This document shows, piece by piece, positions 46,217 through 55,673 of a DNA stretch of 64,000 nucleotides (position 1 is its first letter; each line of letters opens with the position of its first letter). Source of the DNA: Longimicrobiales bacterium. GTDB taxonomy: Bacteria > Gemmatimonadota > Gemmatimonadetes > Longimicrobiales > Gaopeijiaceae. The notes beneath the pieces are model-generated. The model was not told the DNA's origin and did not search any database. It was given only the letters and a program-made list of their open reading frames with translations. The stretch spans positions 2,112,001-2,176,000 of the forward strand of contig CBDAON010000004.1 of NCBI GenBank assembly GCA_965198065.1, written 5' to 3'. The position numbers were made by a program, and so were the translations under genes.

Positions 46217-48526
46217 ATGACCGAACAGCGACCGCCCTACGGGCATGCTGTGGCCGCCTCGACCGGCGCATTCGCGCTGTACGTCACGACGCTGGCGCCC
46301 ACCACCTGGTTCTGGGACACGAGCGAGTACATCGCCACGGCGTACATCCTCGGGATCCCGCACCCACCCGGAAGCCCGCTGTTCGTGATCCTCGCGAAGG
46401 TGTGGACTCTGCTCCTGGCGCCCACGGGTCTCTCCGTCGCCGTGCGCGTGAATCTCCTGGCCGCGATCACGTCGGCTGCGGCGACCGGCTTCTTCTTTCT
46501 GGTGGCGCACCGGGTCCTGCTCGGTTGGCTTGCTCGCGCGGGCGCCGGCCCGAGCCCCGGCACCGGCGCGGGGGAGGGCGCGCCCGGCTCTAGCTCGTGG
46601 TCACTGGGGCCCGGGGCCCTGGCCCTGGTCGGCGCGTGGTGCGGGGCCGTCCTTGGCGCGACCGCATTCACGGTCTGGAATCAGTCGAACGTGAACGAGA
46701 AGGTTTACACGGTCAGCATGCTCGTCATCGGGTGCGTGTCGTGGCTGGCGATGCTCTGGTGCCATCGGAAGGAAGAGCCGGGCAGCTGGCGGCTGCTCGT
46801 GCTGGCGCTGTACCTGATGGTACTCGGCTCCACGAACCACCTCATGTCCCTCCTGCCGGCGCCGGCGCTCCTCGCGCTCGTGCTGGTCGAGAAGCCAGGG
46901 ATCTTGCTGAACAGGAACCTCCTCCTCCGCGGCGTGACGGCCGCCGTGATCGGCGTCTCGGTCAACTTCACGCTCCCGGTCCGGGCGGCCCAGCAACCGC
47001 GGATCAACGAGGGGGAGCCCGTCTGCGACTCGGTGACTTCCGCGGCGGTCGCGGTCTACTCACAGGGGAACGCCGGCTGCCCCGCCCTGGCCGCGGACCT
47101 GACCCGCGACCAGTACGGAAAGCCGCCGATCTGGAGCGACCCGACGGTCGAGCCGACCTCGCTCAGCTTGGAGCGCCCGCCGCGACCGCTCCGGCTCTTC
47201 GCGCATCAGCTGCTCAACTATTTCCAGTACTTCGACTGGCAGTGGGCCCGTGGGCTCTCGGATTCGGAGCTTCCCGGGAACCGCCGGCTGCCCTTCACCT
47301 TCCTGTTCCTGGGGCTCGGCGTCTGGGGGGTCGTCATCGCTCGCACCTCGAGGCCCGGTCATCTGGCGTACCTCGGCGTGCTCGCGCTCACGGTCACGGC
47401 GGGGCTCGTGGTCTATCTGAACTTCCGGTACGGGTTTTCGCTCGGCCCGGATGGCCTCCAGCCCACCGAGCGCGAGGTCCGGGAACGCGATTACTTCTTC
47501 GTGGCTTCGTTCCACCTCTGGGGCTTCCTCGCGGGAATGGGGCTCCTCGCGGGGTGGAGGTGGGCGGCCGGGGGCCACTTCGTGCCGAGGGGGCTCGCGC
47601 TCGCTTCGCCAGTGCTGCTGGTGGCCCTGGTGCCCCTCGTCCTCAACTGGTCCTGGGCCACCCGTCGCGGGGATCACTCCGCGCGCGACTGGGCCTTCAA
47701 CATGCTCCAGAGCGTCGAGCCGTACGGCGTTCTCTTTACCAACGGGGACAACGACACGTTTCCGCTCTGGTACCTTCAGGAAGTCGAGGCGATCAGACAG
47801 GACGTGACGGTCATCGTCGGCCAGTACCTCTACACAGACTGGTATCCGAAGCAGCTCAAGTACCACACCTCACCAGGGCGCCAGCGGCCCTTCGTGGACC
47901 GGGAGGGGATCGGGCTATACCCGGAGCCTCGGTCCGTGCCGACTCGGCCGATCACCGCGGTGGCCGACGAGGATCTCGATCGTGTCGAATCCGTGATCAT
48001 CGCGCAGGAGCAGAACGTGGAGCTGGCCACGGCGGAAGACTCGGTGGTGATCCAATATCCAGCGGGTAGCCAGCTCCTGAGGGGGAGTCAGATTGCCCTG
48101 GCGATCATCCGGGACTCGCTCGCGGAGCGGCCGATTCACTTCGCCAGCACCGGCGGCATGGCGCAGGAGCTCGGGCTCGAAGGGCTTACCGTGCGTCAGG
48201 GGCTCACCTCGAAGCTCAGGCTCGACGACCTCGAGGAGGATCCGTCGCTCGTACGGGTGTCCGAGACCACAGCCGGAGAGTGGCTCGATTTCGAGCGATC
48301 CATCGTCCTCGCCGAGGATGTGTTTCAGTACCGAGGGCTCGAGGATCGAGCGATCTGGACGGACCGGGCGTCCCTGAACATCCCGATCCACTTCTACGTG
48401 CTGTACGTGCAGCTCGCGGAGGGAGCGATCCGAATGGGGCGCGACGAGGCCTTCGCCGAGACCCTGATGAATCGGGCCGATCGCTTCTACGTCACCTCAC
48501 GGGGAGGATCCCTGACCCTCCCCTAG
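46217..48526 (+). CDS. DUF2723 (TMEM260-like, GT-C) multi-pass membrane protein
   Basis: TLAPT..WDTSEY...GIPHPPGSPLF, EKVY, RERDYFF, FTNGDNDTFPLWY; many TM helices. Confidence 0.85.
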   Translation: MTEQRPPYGHAVAASTGAFALYVTTLAPTTWFWDTSEYIATAYILGIPHPPGSPLFVILAKVWTLLLAPTGLSVAVRVNLLAAITSAAATGFFFLVAHRVLLGWLARAGAGPSPGTGAGEGAPGSSSWSLGPGALALVGAWCGAVLGATAFTVWNQSNVNEKVYTVSMLVIGCVSWLAMLWCHRKEEPGSWRLLVLALYLMVLGSTNHLMSLLPAPALLALVLVEKPGILLNRNLLLRGVTAAVIGVSVNFTLPVRAAQQPRINEGEPVCDSVTSAAVAVYSQGNAGCPALAADLTRDQYGKPPIWSDPTVEPTSLSLERPPRPLRLFAHQLLNYFQYFDWQWARGLSDSELPGNRRLPFTFLFLGLGVWGVVIARTSRPGHLAYLGVLALTVTAGLVVYLNFRYGFSLGPDGLQPTEREVRERDYFFVASFHLWGFLAGMGLLAGWRWAAGGHFVPRGLALASPVLLVALVPLVLNWSWATRRGDHSARDWAFNMLQSVEPYGVLFTNGDNDTFPLWYLQEVEAIRQDVTVIVGQYLYTDWYPKQLKYHTSPGRQRPFVDREGIGLYPEPRSVPTRPITAVADEDLDRVESVIIAQEQNVELATAEDSVVIQYPAGSQLLRGSQIALAIIRDSLAERPIHFASTGGMAQELGLEGLTVRQGLTSKLRLDDLEEDPSLVRVSETTAGEWLDFERSIVLAEDVFQYRGLEDRAIWTDRASLNIPIHFYVLYVQLAEGAIRMGRDEAFAETLMNRADRFYVTSRGGSLTLP

Positions 48527-48582
48527 GGGACCCGTTGCAAGTATATTCGCCCCCTTTCTTCCCCCGTGGTCGGAGGGACCGA

Positions 48583-49605
48583 ATGCGGGCCACGTGGATG
48601 TTCGTGCTCGGGCCTGTCGTGGCTCTCGTCCCGTCGAGCGGGCGGGCCCAGGAGCCCGGCGCCGTCGAGGTGGGCCTGATTGGGCGGCACAACGTGTACG
48701 ACATCGAGGTGGGCGTCGATAGCTCGCCGGGGATCGGTGCGCTCCTCGGGGTCTTCATCCGGTCCAATCTCGCGCTGGAGGTCGAGGGCTCGTACGCCGT
48801 GCCGGGCGTAACCGACCCGACCGACCCCGACGGACCCACGTCCATTGCGCACGGTCTCTACCAGGCGCGGATCGTCTTCACGCACCGGCTGGGCGACCGT
48901 GCCGGTCTGCTCCTGGGCGGTGGATACGCGTACGATCACTACACACGGGAGCGGGACGTCGCGGCCCGCGGAGGGGGCGTGGCCGGGATGATCGGCCTCC
49001 GCTACCGGTTCTCCGACCGCGTCTCCACTCGGTTCCAGGGTGGGGGCTACCTGATCTCGGGAGACGAGGACGCGCTCCCCATTCCGCGGGCCCAGGCTTT
49101 GAACCTGGGAGTCGAGCTGGGCGTGAGCCTCACCTTCAGGGCGCCCGAAGAACGGCTCGTCCTCCTGCCGGCCCCCCCGCCCGACACGGTGATCGTGAGC
49201 CGAACCGCGGAGGCCCCCCTCCCCCAGGGTGCCCCGGAGACGCTCTGCCTCGCGACCGGGGAGGCCGTGACCGTCTACCTCTCCCCGGACGGGGACACCC
49301 TCGTTGGAGACCGGAGGATCGCAGTGTCTTCCCTTCGTCCGACCGTGACGTTCGCCGGGAGCTACGCGCTGGAGCGAGACTGGTACGCCTCGGGCGAACC
49401 CTTGACCTTCGAGGAGAGCGAGTACCGGCCCTCCGGGGCCGAGACGGCGCTGACCTGCGCCGACATCCTTCGCGTGGGCGAGCATCGGGGAGTTTCCCTG
49501 TTCGTGCGCCGCGCCGCTCCCCCGCCGTTCACGACCCTGTGGGTTCCCGTGCGTCCCGGTGCGTGGCATGAGTATCGGTCCAATCCGGACCTTACGCGGG
49601 ATTAG
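48583..49605 (+). CDS. Outer-membrane beta-barrel protein with an extra C-terminal domain
   Basis: Signal peptide, alternating beta strands (NLALEVEGSY, GLRYRF), PAPPP linker, C-domain with two Cys. Confidence 0.7.
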   Translation: MRATWMFVLGPVVALVPSSGRAQEPGAVEVGLIGRHNVYDIEVGVDSSPGIGALLGVFIRSNLALEVEGSYAVPGVTDPTDPDGPTSIAHGLYQARIVFTHRLGDRAGLLLGGGYAYDHYTRERDVAARGGGVAGMIGLRYRFSDRVSTRFQGGGYLISGDEDALPIPRAQALNLGVELGVSLTFRAPEERLVLLPAPPPDTVIVSRTAEAPLPQGAPETLCLATGEAVTVYLSPDGDTLVGDRRIAVSSLRPTVTFAGSYALERDWYASGEPLTFEESEYRPSGAETALTCADILRVGEHRGVSLFVRRAAPPPFTTLWVPVRPGAWHEYRSNPDLTRD

Positions 49606-49692
49606 CGGGCGCGCGGCCGGCCTGCCCTCGGAAAACTGATTGCCGGGCAGGGAATCCTGAGGAAAGACTCAGGGATCCGCCTGTGGATATCT

Positions 49693-49705
49693 AATCAAGT
49701 CGTTG
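49693..49705 (+). promoter_or_regulatory. Putative IHF binding site
   Basis: AATCAAGTCGTTG matches WATCAA-N4-TTR exactly, in an AT-rich patch. Confidence 0.6.
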
Positions 49706-49736
49706 TATGACACTGGCTTAGTCAACGTGAGATTCG

Positions 49737-49752
49737 TGGCACCAGAGTTGCA
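49737..49752 (+). promoter_or_regulatory. Sigma54 (-24/-12) promoter
   Basis: TGGCACCAGAGTTGCA matches the TGGCAC-N5-TTGCW consensus. Confidence 0.78.
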
Positions 49753-49884
49753 AGTCAGCGGTGCGGATGGTGGGGTGTGTCCGTCCGACACGGCTCGAGT
49801 GGTTGCAGGAATGACGCCGTTCGGCCGAGGGCGGTTCAACCCAGGGCAGGTCAACTGAGAGCAGTTCAACTTTGAGGGGGATGC

Positions 49885-52683
49885 ATGATCAAGCTTCATC
49901 GCACAGCTTTGGCCGCCATGCTTCTGGCGTTTGGGGTGGCCGGCTGCGGAGACGAGGTCGTGGTGGGGGATGGCGGCGATGGCGCGGCTCCGCGAGCCCG
50001 GCGCCGGCCACGGCGACAAATACGACAGCCGGGTGCAGCGCCAGCAGCAGCGAGTCCGGCAGCTTCCTCGTCACGGCCGTAGTCACGAAGGGATCGGAGA
50101 CTTTCACCGTTTCCGCTTCGCTGACGGTTACGGAGGTGGCGACGACCCCGGCCCCGGTGACGATCTCGGCCATCAATCAGGGAGGCGTTCCGGCGCCGCT
50201 CGGCGCGATTATCGGTCAGGTGGACGTCGTGCTGAACCTCGAACGCGGCACGGAAATCTTAGAAACCCTCTCTCTCTTGGTCGACAACAGCGTGGTCGCG
50301 TCGCAGACGCTGAGTGTCGCCGCGGCCGCGCAAGGTGGGTGACGGTCCGGACGCGCAGGCGATCCAGCAGATCACGCTTTCCTTCCCCTCCGGGTGCTAC
50401 ACGAGCGGCGTAGCCGACGCCCCCTGCGGCACGGTGGACGAGGTTGCCGGGACCGCGTTCGTGAGACACGCTAACGGACCGCACGGCGTCTCTGCCCAGT
50501 TGACCGTGAGCGGCGGGGCAACGTCGCTCCGCGCTTCCAACGAAGTGACGCTCACGTTCGCCAACCCGAGCGGGTTCCACGTGCTCGCGGCGCTGCCTGA
50601 GAACGCGGACGGGACTTTGGCGAGCGGGATGGACGACGACGGCCTCATCTGGTACGGGGGCCCCGGAACGACCGAGTTCGGCATCACCGCAGTCCCCGTG
50701 CAGTTCGGGGCGGCCGTCGTCACGTCGGTGACTGTCGATTTCCTGGACTGCGATGACGACACGGACGACGAGGCGCCCTTCGCCTTCGAGTTCGACTGCG
50801 AGGGCGAGGATGCCGAGACAGCTGCGGCCGGCATCACGCCCGTCATCACTTCGGTTGCGGGTGAGAATCCGGGACCGGGCGGGATCCTGAACGCGGATCA
50901 CCCCTTCCCGGTGCGGGTGGACTACGCCGGGCCCGCCGAGCCGCCCGCCTTCATAGCGAACCCGAACAGCCGCCAGAACGGGTGGGTGAACGGCACGGTG
51001 GACCTGGCCGGACAGTGGGAGGATCCAGGCGACGACGCCTGGCTCGAGTACGGTGACGATGACACGGGGATCGGCGGCTACACCGTCGGGCTCCGGATGG
51101 ACTCGAGCGACCCCGAAACCACCGAGGCGGCTTTGGAAGCGGCCTGGTCGGACGACCCGGCGCTTCCGGATCCATCGCTGGGGAACGACGAGTATTGCGC
51201 GATCGCCTCGGCCCGAGACGACCTGGGCAACGAATCGGCGCTGCCGGACGACGACATCGACTGCACCGTGCCTATTGTCGCCTCCGAGACCGCCCTGGAC
51301 GGGGCCGCGGACGATGACCGCGTCGCGATCGACGAGGACGTGGACACCCACTTGAGGTTCGGGGTAGACACGACGCTGCCGGAGATCGACTTCGACGGCG
51401 GGAGCCTCGACGACGGCGACCGGGTCGCCGGGGCAACGCTGGGCGGCAACTTCGTCCTGGACGTGCAGGACGTCGGATCCATCGGGAACTCCGGGATGCT
51501 CTCCGACGCCGCGGTGATGGGAATCGTCGCGGTCGCTCTGCCGGGGGACGATCCCGAGTGCGTCATTCCCGTCGAGCCAGACATTGACGACTGCGAGCCG
51601 GTGTCGATCGAAGCGGCTCCCGCGTTCCCCCTCGTCACGACCACTACGGACTGGGCGTTGGAGGCGGAGACGACGCCCGCATTCTACTTCTTCTCGGGCC
51701 AGGCGCAGGACGCTGCCGGGAACCTCTCTGACCCGATCTTTGCGGTAGTGGCGTACGATCTGGCGACCAACAACCCGTCGCTCACCACGGCGCTCTTCGA
51801 TACGCCGCTCGGGGGTGGAACGGCGGAGTTCAACGCCAATGCGTCGGACAACCTCGACCTTCAGACGATCCGCTACCAGCTTCAGTACGCGGGTGGTCTC
51901 GCGGCTTCGCTAGCCTATCCGTCGACGGAGATCAACGACATGCCGGATGCCGAAGCGGGAGCTGATGCGGCTGCGTCGGCTCAGTTGGTGGACTTCGTGC
52001 GCTCGAACGTGCCCGTCGATGTCACGATCGCGGACTTCGTCCGTCAAATCGAGGACGTTACCGCCAACAGCGCCCTCGCGGTCGGAGGCGCGTTCAAGCT
52101 GGATGAGCTGCAGGGAATCATGCTCGACCAGGCGGACGTGGGGACCGCCGTGAGCCCCGTGATCACGGCAATCGCCGCGGCATCCGTCGAGGACGGGGTG
52201 TCGTACACCGCTCTCGCGGCGGAGCAGCTCCCGGACTCCTGGGATATCACGGAGCCGGGCGCCGCCAACGAGGAGGTTTCGATCGAAGATGACGATGACA
52301 TCCTCAGCGTCGACATCGAGGTAGAGCTGGCCGGCCCGACGGCCACGTTCAACTCGCCCTTCGTGCGAGTGGATTTCTATGCGTGCGTCGACTTGGGCGA
52401 CACGACCGGCGACAATTGCGTCACGGACGACGGCGGGCTCGTGCTCGAGCAGATCGGGTCGGTGACCACGCACGACACGGTGGACGACGGCTCGGCGTTC
52501 GGCCGCGTTCACACCTACGAGTTCGAGTGGACGCCCGGCGAGGAGTCACCGGTCACCGAGACCGGATGGACCAGCGGTGCCGCGGGTGCGGGTGTGGCGA
52601 TCGATATCTACGCGATTGGCGTGAACGCCGACGGCGACGCACTCGTGACGCTGGTGAACTCCAACATTGACCTGGTTGACTAA
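49885..52683 (+). CDS. Large acidic beta-rich lipoprotein (putative surface-layer protein), split by two apparent frameshifts
   Basis: MIKLHRTALAAMLLAFGVAGC lipoprotein signal; coding-like text continues in the 49872-50342 frame and then the 50314-52683 frame; Ig-like motifs such as AQDAAGN and ARDDLGN; very D/E/T/A-rich. Confidence 0.7.
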
Positions 52684-52716
52684 CCCCGAGTAATCGGGCT
52701 TGTAGTACCGCAGCAA

Positions 52717-52760
52717 CCCGAGGGGTCCGGCCCGAGTGTCCGGGCCCCTCAGGGCTTCTT
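52717..52760 (+). terminator. Hairpin terminator after the large lipoprotein gene
   Basis: cccgaggggtccgg / ccgggcccctcaggg stem followed by cttctt. Confidence 0.55.
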
Positions 52761-52763
52761 AGG

Positions 52764-53216
52764 GTGGCTTTCATGCGTTACTGCCTTCGTCTCCGGCGGG
52801 TCCCTCCGTGGACCCTCCTCGTGTGCGCGTTCACGCTCCTTACGACCGCTTCTTGCGCCCCCGACCTCCCCGGCTCCGAAGCGCTGGAGGCGCTCGAGGC
52901 CGGAGCCCCGAGGGCCGAGGTGCTGAGCGTGCTCCTGCCCGGGGGCATCATTGCCAGTCGAGAGGGTGACGAGGCCCTTCTCGCAAACGGGTACTGGAGG
53001 GATCAGTACTTCATCGAGGGGCGGGTGGTCGAGGTTCTCTGGGTCCACGATCCGACCCGGGGCTTTCCGGCGGAGGATTGGAGGACGCGCCTGAATCCCG
53101 TCATCATCGTAGACGAGCGGCTGGACGGCTGGGGATGGAGGTACTTCGACCGGCGGCGGGAGGAGTGGGGGATTCCGGAAGGTCCCTCGAACCTTCCGGA
53201 GATGCCGACCGTCTGA
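52764..53216 (+). CDS. Hypothetical lipoprotein
   Basis: Hydrophobic stretch ending TASC; globular remainder ending LDGWGW.YF; start uncertain. Confidence 0.6.
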   Translation: MAFMRYCLRLRRVPPWTLLVCAFTLLTTASCAPDLPGSEALEALEAGAPRAEVLSVLLPGGIIASREGDEALLANGYWRDQYFIEGRVVEVLWVHDPTRGFPAEDWRTRLNPVIIVDERLDGWGWRYFDRRREEWGIPEGPSNLPEMPTV

Positions 53217-53278
53217 CGCGGCGGGCGGTGTCCTATTAGACCATTGGTCAGGCGGGGCGACGTGCCGTATGCTACCGC

Positions 53279-53389
53279 ATGCCGGAGCCCGAGCTGGAAG
53301 AGCGAGTCGCGCAGCTCGAAGGCCGTGTCGAGGCCGTCGGCCGGAACCCGTCCGCTGCATGCCGACGAAGGTCCGCGTCCGGCGCGTGA
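53279..53389 (+). pseudogene. Short leaderless ORF or gene remnant (36 aa)
   Basis: TATGCT-N5-ATG; MPEPELEERVAQLEGRVE is coiled-coil-like, after which the sequence loses protein-like character. Confidence 0.35.
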
Positions 53390-53452
53390 CAGAGGAGGGT
53401 CCCCCCCTTCCTCCGCCCTTACCCGGTCAACGCCTCACCGGCAAACGCGCGT

Positions 53453-55591
53453 TCAGTGCGCCGCGAGCTCCAGGATCGCGTCCAGCACGTTCCCGACCTG
53501 GGGAAGGATCGCTTCCTCCAGCTGCGGCGAATACGCGACCCACACGTCCTTGGCCGCCACCCGCTTCACGGGTCCGTCCAGCCACGCGAACAGTTCGTCC
53601 GCGATCCGTGCGGCGACCTCCGCTCCGATCCCCCAAGAGAGCGCGTCCTCGTGCGCCACGATCACGCGCCCCGTCTTCCGGACCGAGTCGGCGATCCGAT
53701 CCATGTCGAGGGGGTTGATCGACCGGAGGTCCAGGACCTCGACCTCGATCCCGTGCTGCTCCGACGCGATCCGCGCCGCGTCGAGCGACCGCTTCACAAG
53801 AGCCCCGCACGTTATCACGGACAAGTCCGTCCCCGCCCGCGCGATCCTGGCCTTCGCGAACGGGATCATGAACTCCTTCCCCGGATAACGTCCCTTGTTG
53901 TGGACCTGCCGGTACAGGTGCTTGGGCTCGAGAAAGATCACGGGATCCTCGCAGCGGATGGCGGTGCGGAGAAGCCCGACCGCGTCTCTGGCCGAGGAGG
54001 GGAGGACCACCCGGAGCCCCGGAGTGTGCGCGAAGATGCTCGCGCCGGTCTGTGAATGGTAGATGGCGCCACCCTTCAGGTAGCCCCCGTACGGGACTCG
54101 GATCACGATCGGGGCGCACCAACCGTTTCCAGAGCGGTAGCGGACAGTGGCGATCTCGTTTCGGATCTGGTGGAAACCGGGCCAGATGTAGTCGAAGAAC
54201 TGGATCTCGACCACGGGCTTGAAGCCCCGCATGGCCAGCCCGTACGCACGCCCCACGATGTTGGCCTCCGCCAGCGGAGAGTTGAACACGCGGTACTCCC
54301 CGAAGCGGCGCTGAAGCCCGTGCGTAATCTTGAAGACCCCGCCCTTGCCGGGCACCTCGTCCAGGATCTCCACGCGCGAGGCGTCGGCGACATCCTGACC
54401 GAAACAGAGGATCCGGGGATCGCGCTCCATCTCGTCGGCCAGACAGGCGTTGAGCAGGTCGACCATCGTGAGCTCACGATCTCCCTCGTCTTCGGGCCGA
54501 TCTTCCGTGTCGAACGCCTCTGACGTGGGATCCACGTCCTCCGAGTAAAGCCACCGGGTCGCCGTGCTGGCGTCGGGCTGCGGGTACGCGAGGGACTGGT
54601 CTGCGATCTCCGCGATGCTCGCCGTCACCTCCGCCGCGAGGGCGGCCAGCTCCTCCTCGTCGGCGAGGCCTTCCTCGACGAGGAGCGTGCGGGTCCGCTC
54701 CAGGGGATCCTTCCGCGCGGCCTCGCTTCGCTCTGCCGAAGAGCGGTACGCGCGGTGGTCGTCCGACATCGAGTGCGGGCAGAGTCGCACCGTGTGCGCG
54801 TGTACGAGAGCGGGTCCCCTCCCGTCGCGGCAGTAGCGTATCGCCGCCCCGCTCTTCTCGTAGGAGTCTAGGAGATCGGTCCCGTCGCACTCGATGACGT
54901 AGAGATCGGGAACCCCCCGTACCAGCCGCGACACGCTCCCTCCGGCAGTCTGCACCTCGACCGGCACCGAGATCGCGTACTCGTTGTCCTCCACCAGGAA
55001 GACGACCGGCAGCCTCAGGTTCGACGCGGTGTTCAGGGCCTCCCAGAACTCTCCCTCGGACGTGGTCCCGTCTCCAGAGCACACGAGGACGACCTCGTCG
55101 TCCTCGTGTTCCTCCACGAGCCGGCGGACCTCGGGAATGAGCCGAGCGCGGTACGTCCCTTCGGCAGTGCCGACGGCCTGGAGGTACTGGGTTCCCGTCG
55201 GCGAGGAGACGGTGACGATCCGAAGCGCGGGATCGCTGAAGTGGGTGGGCATCTGGCGTCCGCGCGAGGCCGGATCCGCATCCGCGGCGACGGCCTGGAG
55301 AAAGTGCTGGAGAGGGGGGACGCCCATGGCGAGCGCGAACGCGCGATCCCGGTAGTAGAAGTAGATCCAGTCCGACCCCGGCCTAAGGTGGCGGGCCGTC
55401 GCGACCTGAATCGCCTCGTGCCCCGCTGCGGAGACCTGGAAGAACGCCGTGTTCTGACGCTTCATGCTCTCCTCGCGATCGTCCAGCGCGCGCGAGGTGA
55501 GCATGATCCGGTACATGTCGAGGAGATCGGCGCGCTCGAGCCCGTGAAAGTCACGCGCCGTCTCGGTTTCCGCAGGAGTCCTCGTGGCCAT
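53453..55591 (-). CDS. 2-oxoacid (2-oxoisovalerate-type) dehydrogenase E1, fused alpha-beta
   Basis: [24 protein letters not shown]...EDN, HSMSDD; beta half [27 protein letters not shown]. Confidence 0.92.
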   Translation of the reverse strand: MATRTPAETETARDFHGLERADLLDMYRIMLTSRALDDREESMKRQNTAFFQVSAAGHEAIQVATARHLRPGSDWIYFYYRDRAFALAMGVPPLQHFLQAVAADADPASRGRQMPTHFSDPALRIVTVSSPTGTQYLQAVGTAEGTYRARLIPEVRRLVEEHEDDEVVLVCSGDGTTSEGEFWEALNTASNLRLPVVFLVEDNEYAISVPVEVQTAGGSVSRLVRGVPDLYVIECDGTDLLDSYEKSGAAIRYCRDGRGPALVHAHTVRLCPHSMSDDHRAYRSSAERSEAARKDPLERTRTLLVEEGLADEEELAALAAEVTASIAEIADQSLAYPQPDASTATRWLYSEDVDPTSEAFDTEDRPEDEGDRELTMVDLLNACLADEMERDPRILCFGQDVADASRVEILDEVPGKGGVFKITHGLQRRFGEYRVFNSPLAEANIVGRAYGLAMRGFKPVVEIQFFDYIWPGFHQIRNEIATVRYRSGNGWCAPIVIRVPYGGYLKGGAIYHSQTGASIFAHTPGLRVVLPSSARDAVGLLRTAIRCEDPVIFLEPKHLYRQVHNKGRYPGKEFMIPFAKARIARAGTDLSVITCGALVKRSLDAARIASEQHGIEVEVLDLRSINPLDMDRIADSVRKTGRVIVAHEDALSWGIGAEVAARIADELFAWLDGPVKRVAAKDVWVAYSPQLEEAILPQVGNVLDAILELAAH

Positions 55592-55673
55592 CAGACCAAG
55601 ATAGATCGGGGCGGAGGGAGGGCCAAGGAAGCCCCGAAGGCAGTTCCTGTAGGCGACCTCGCGCGGGATCGGG

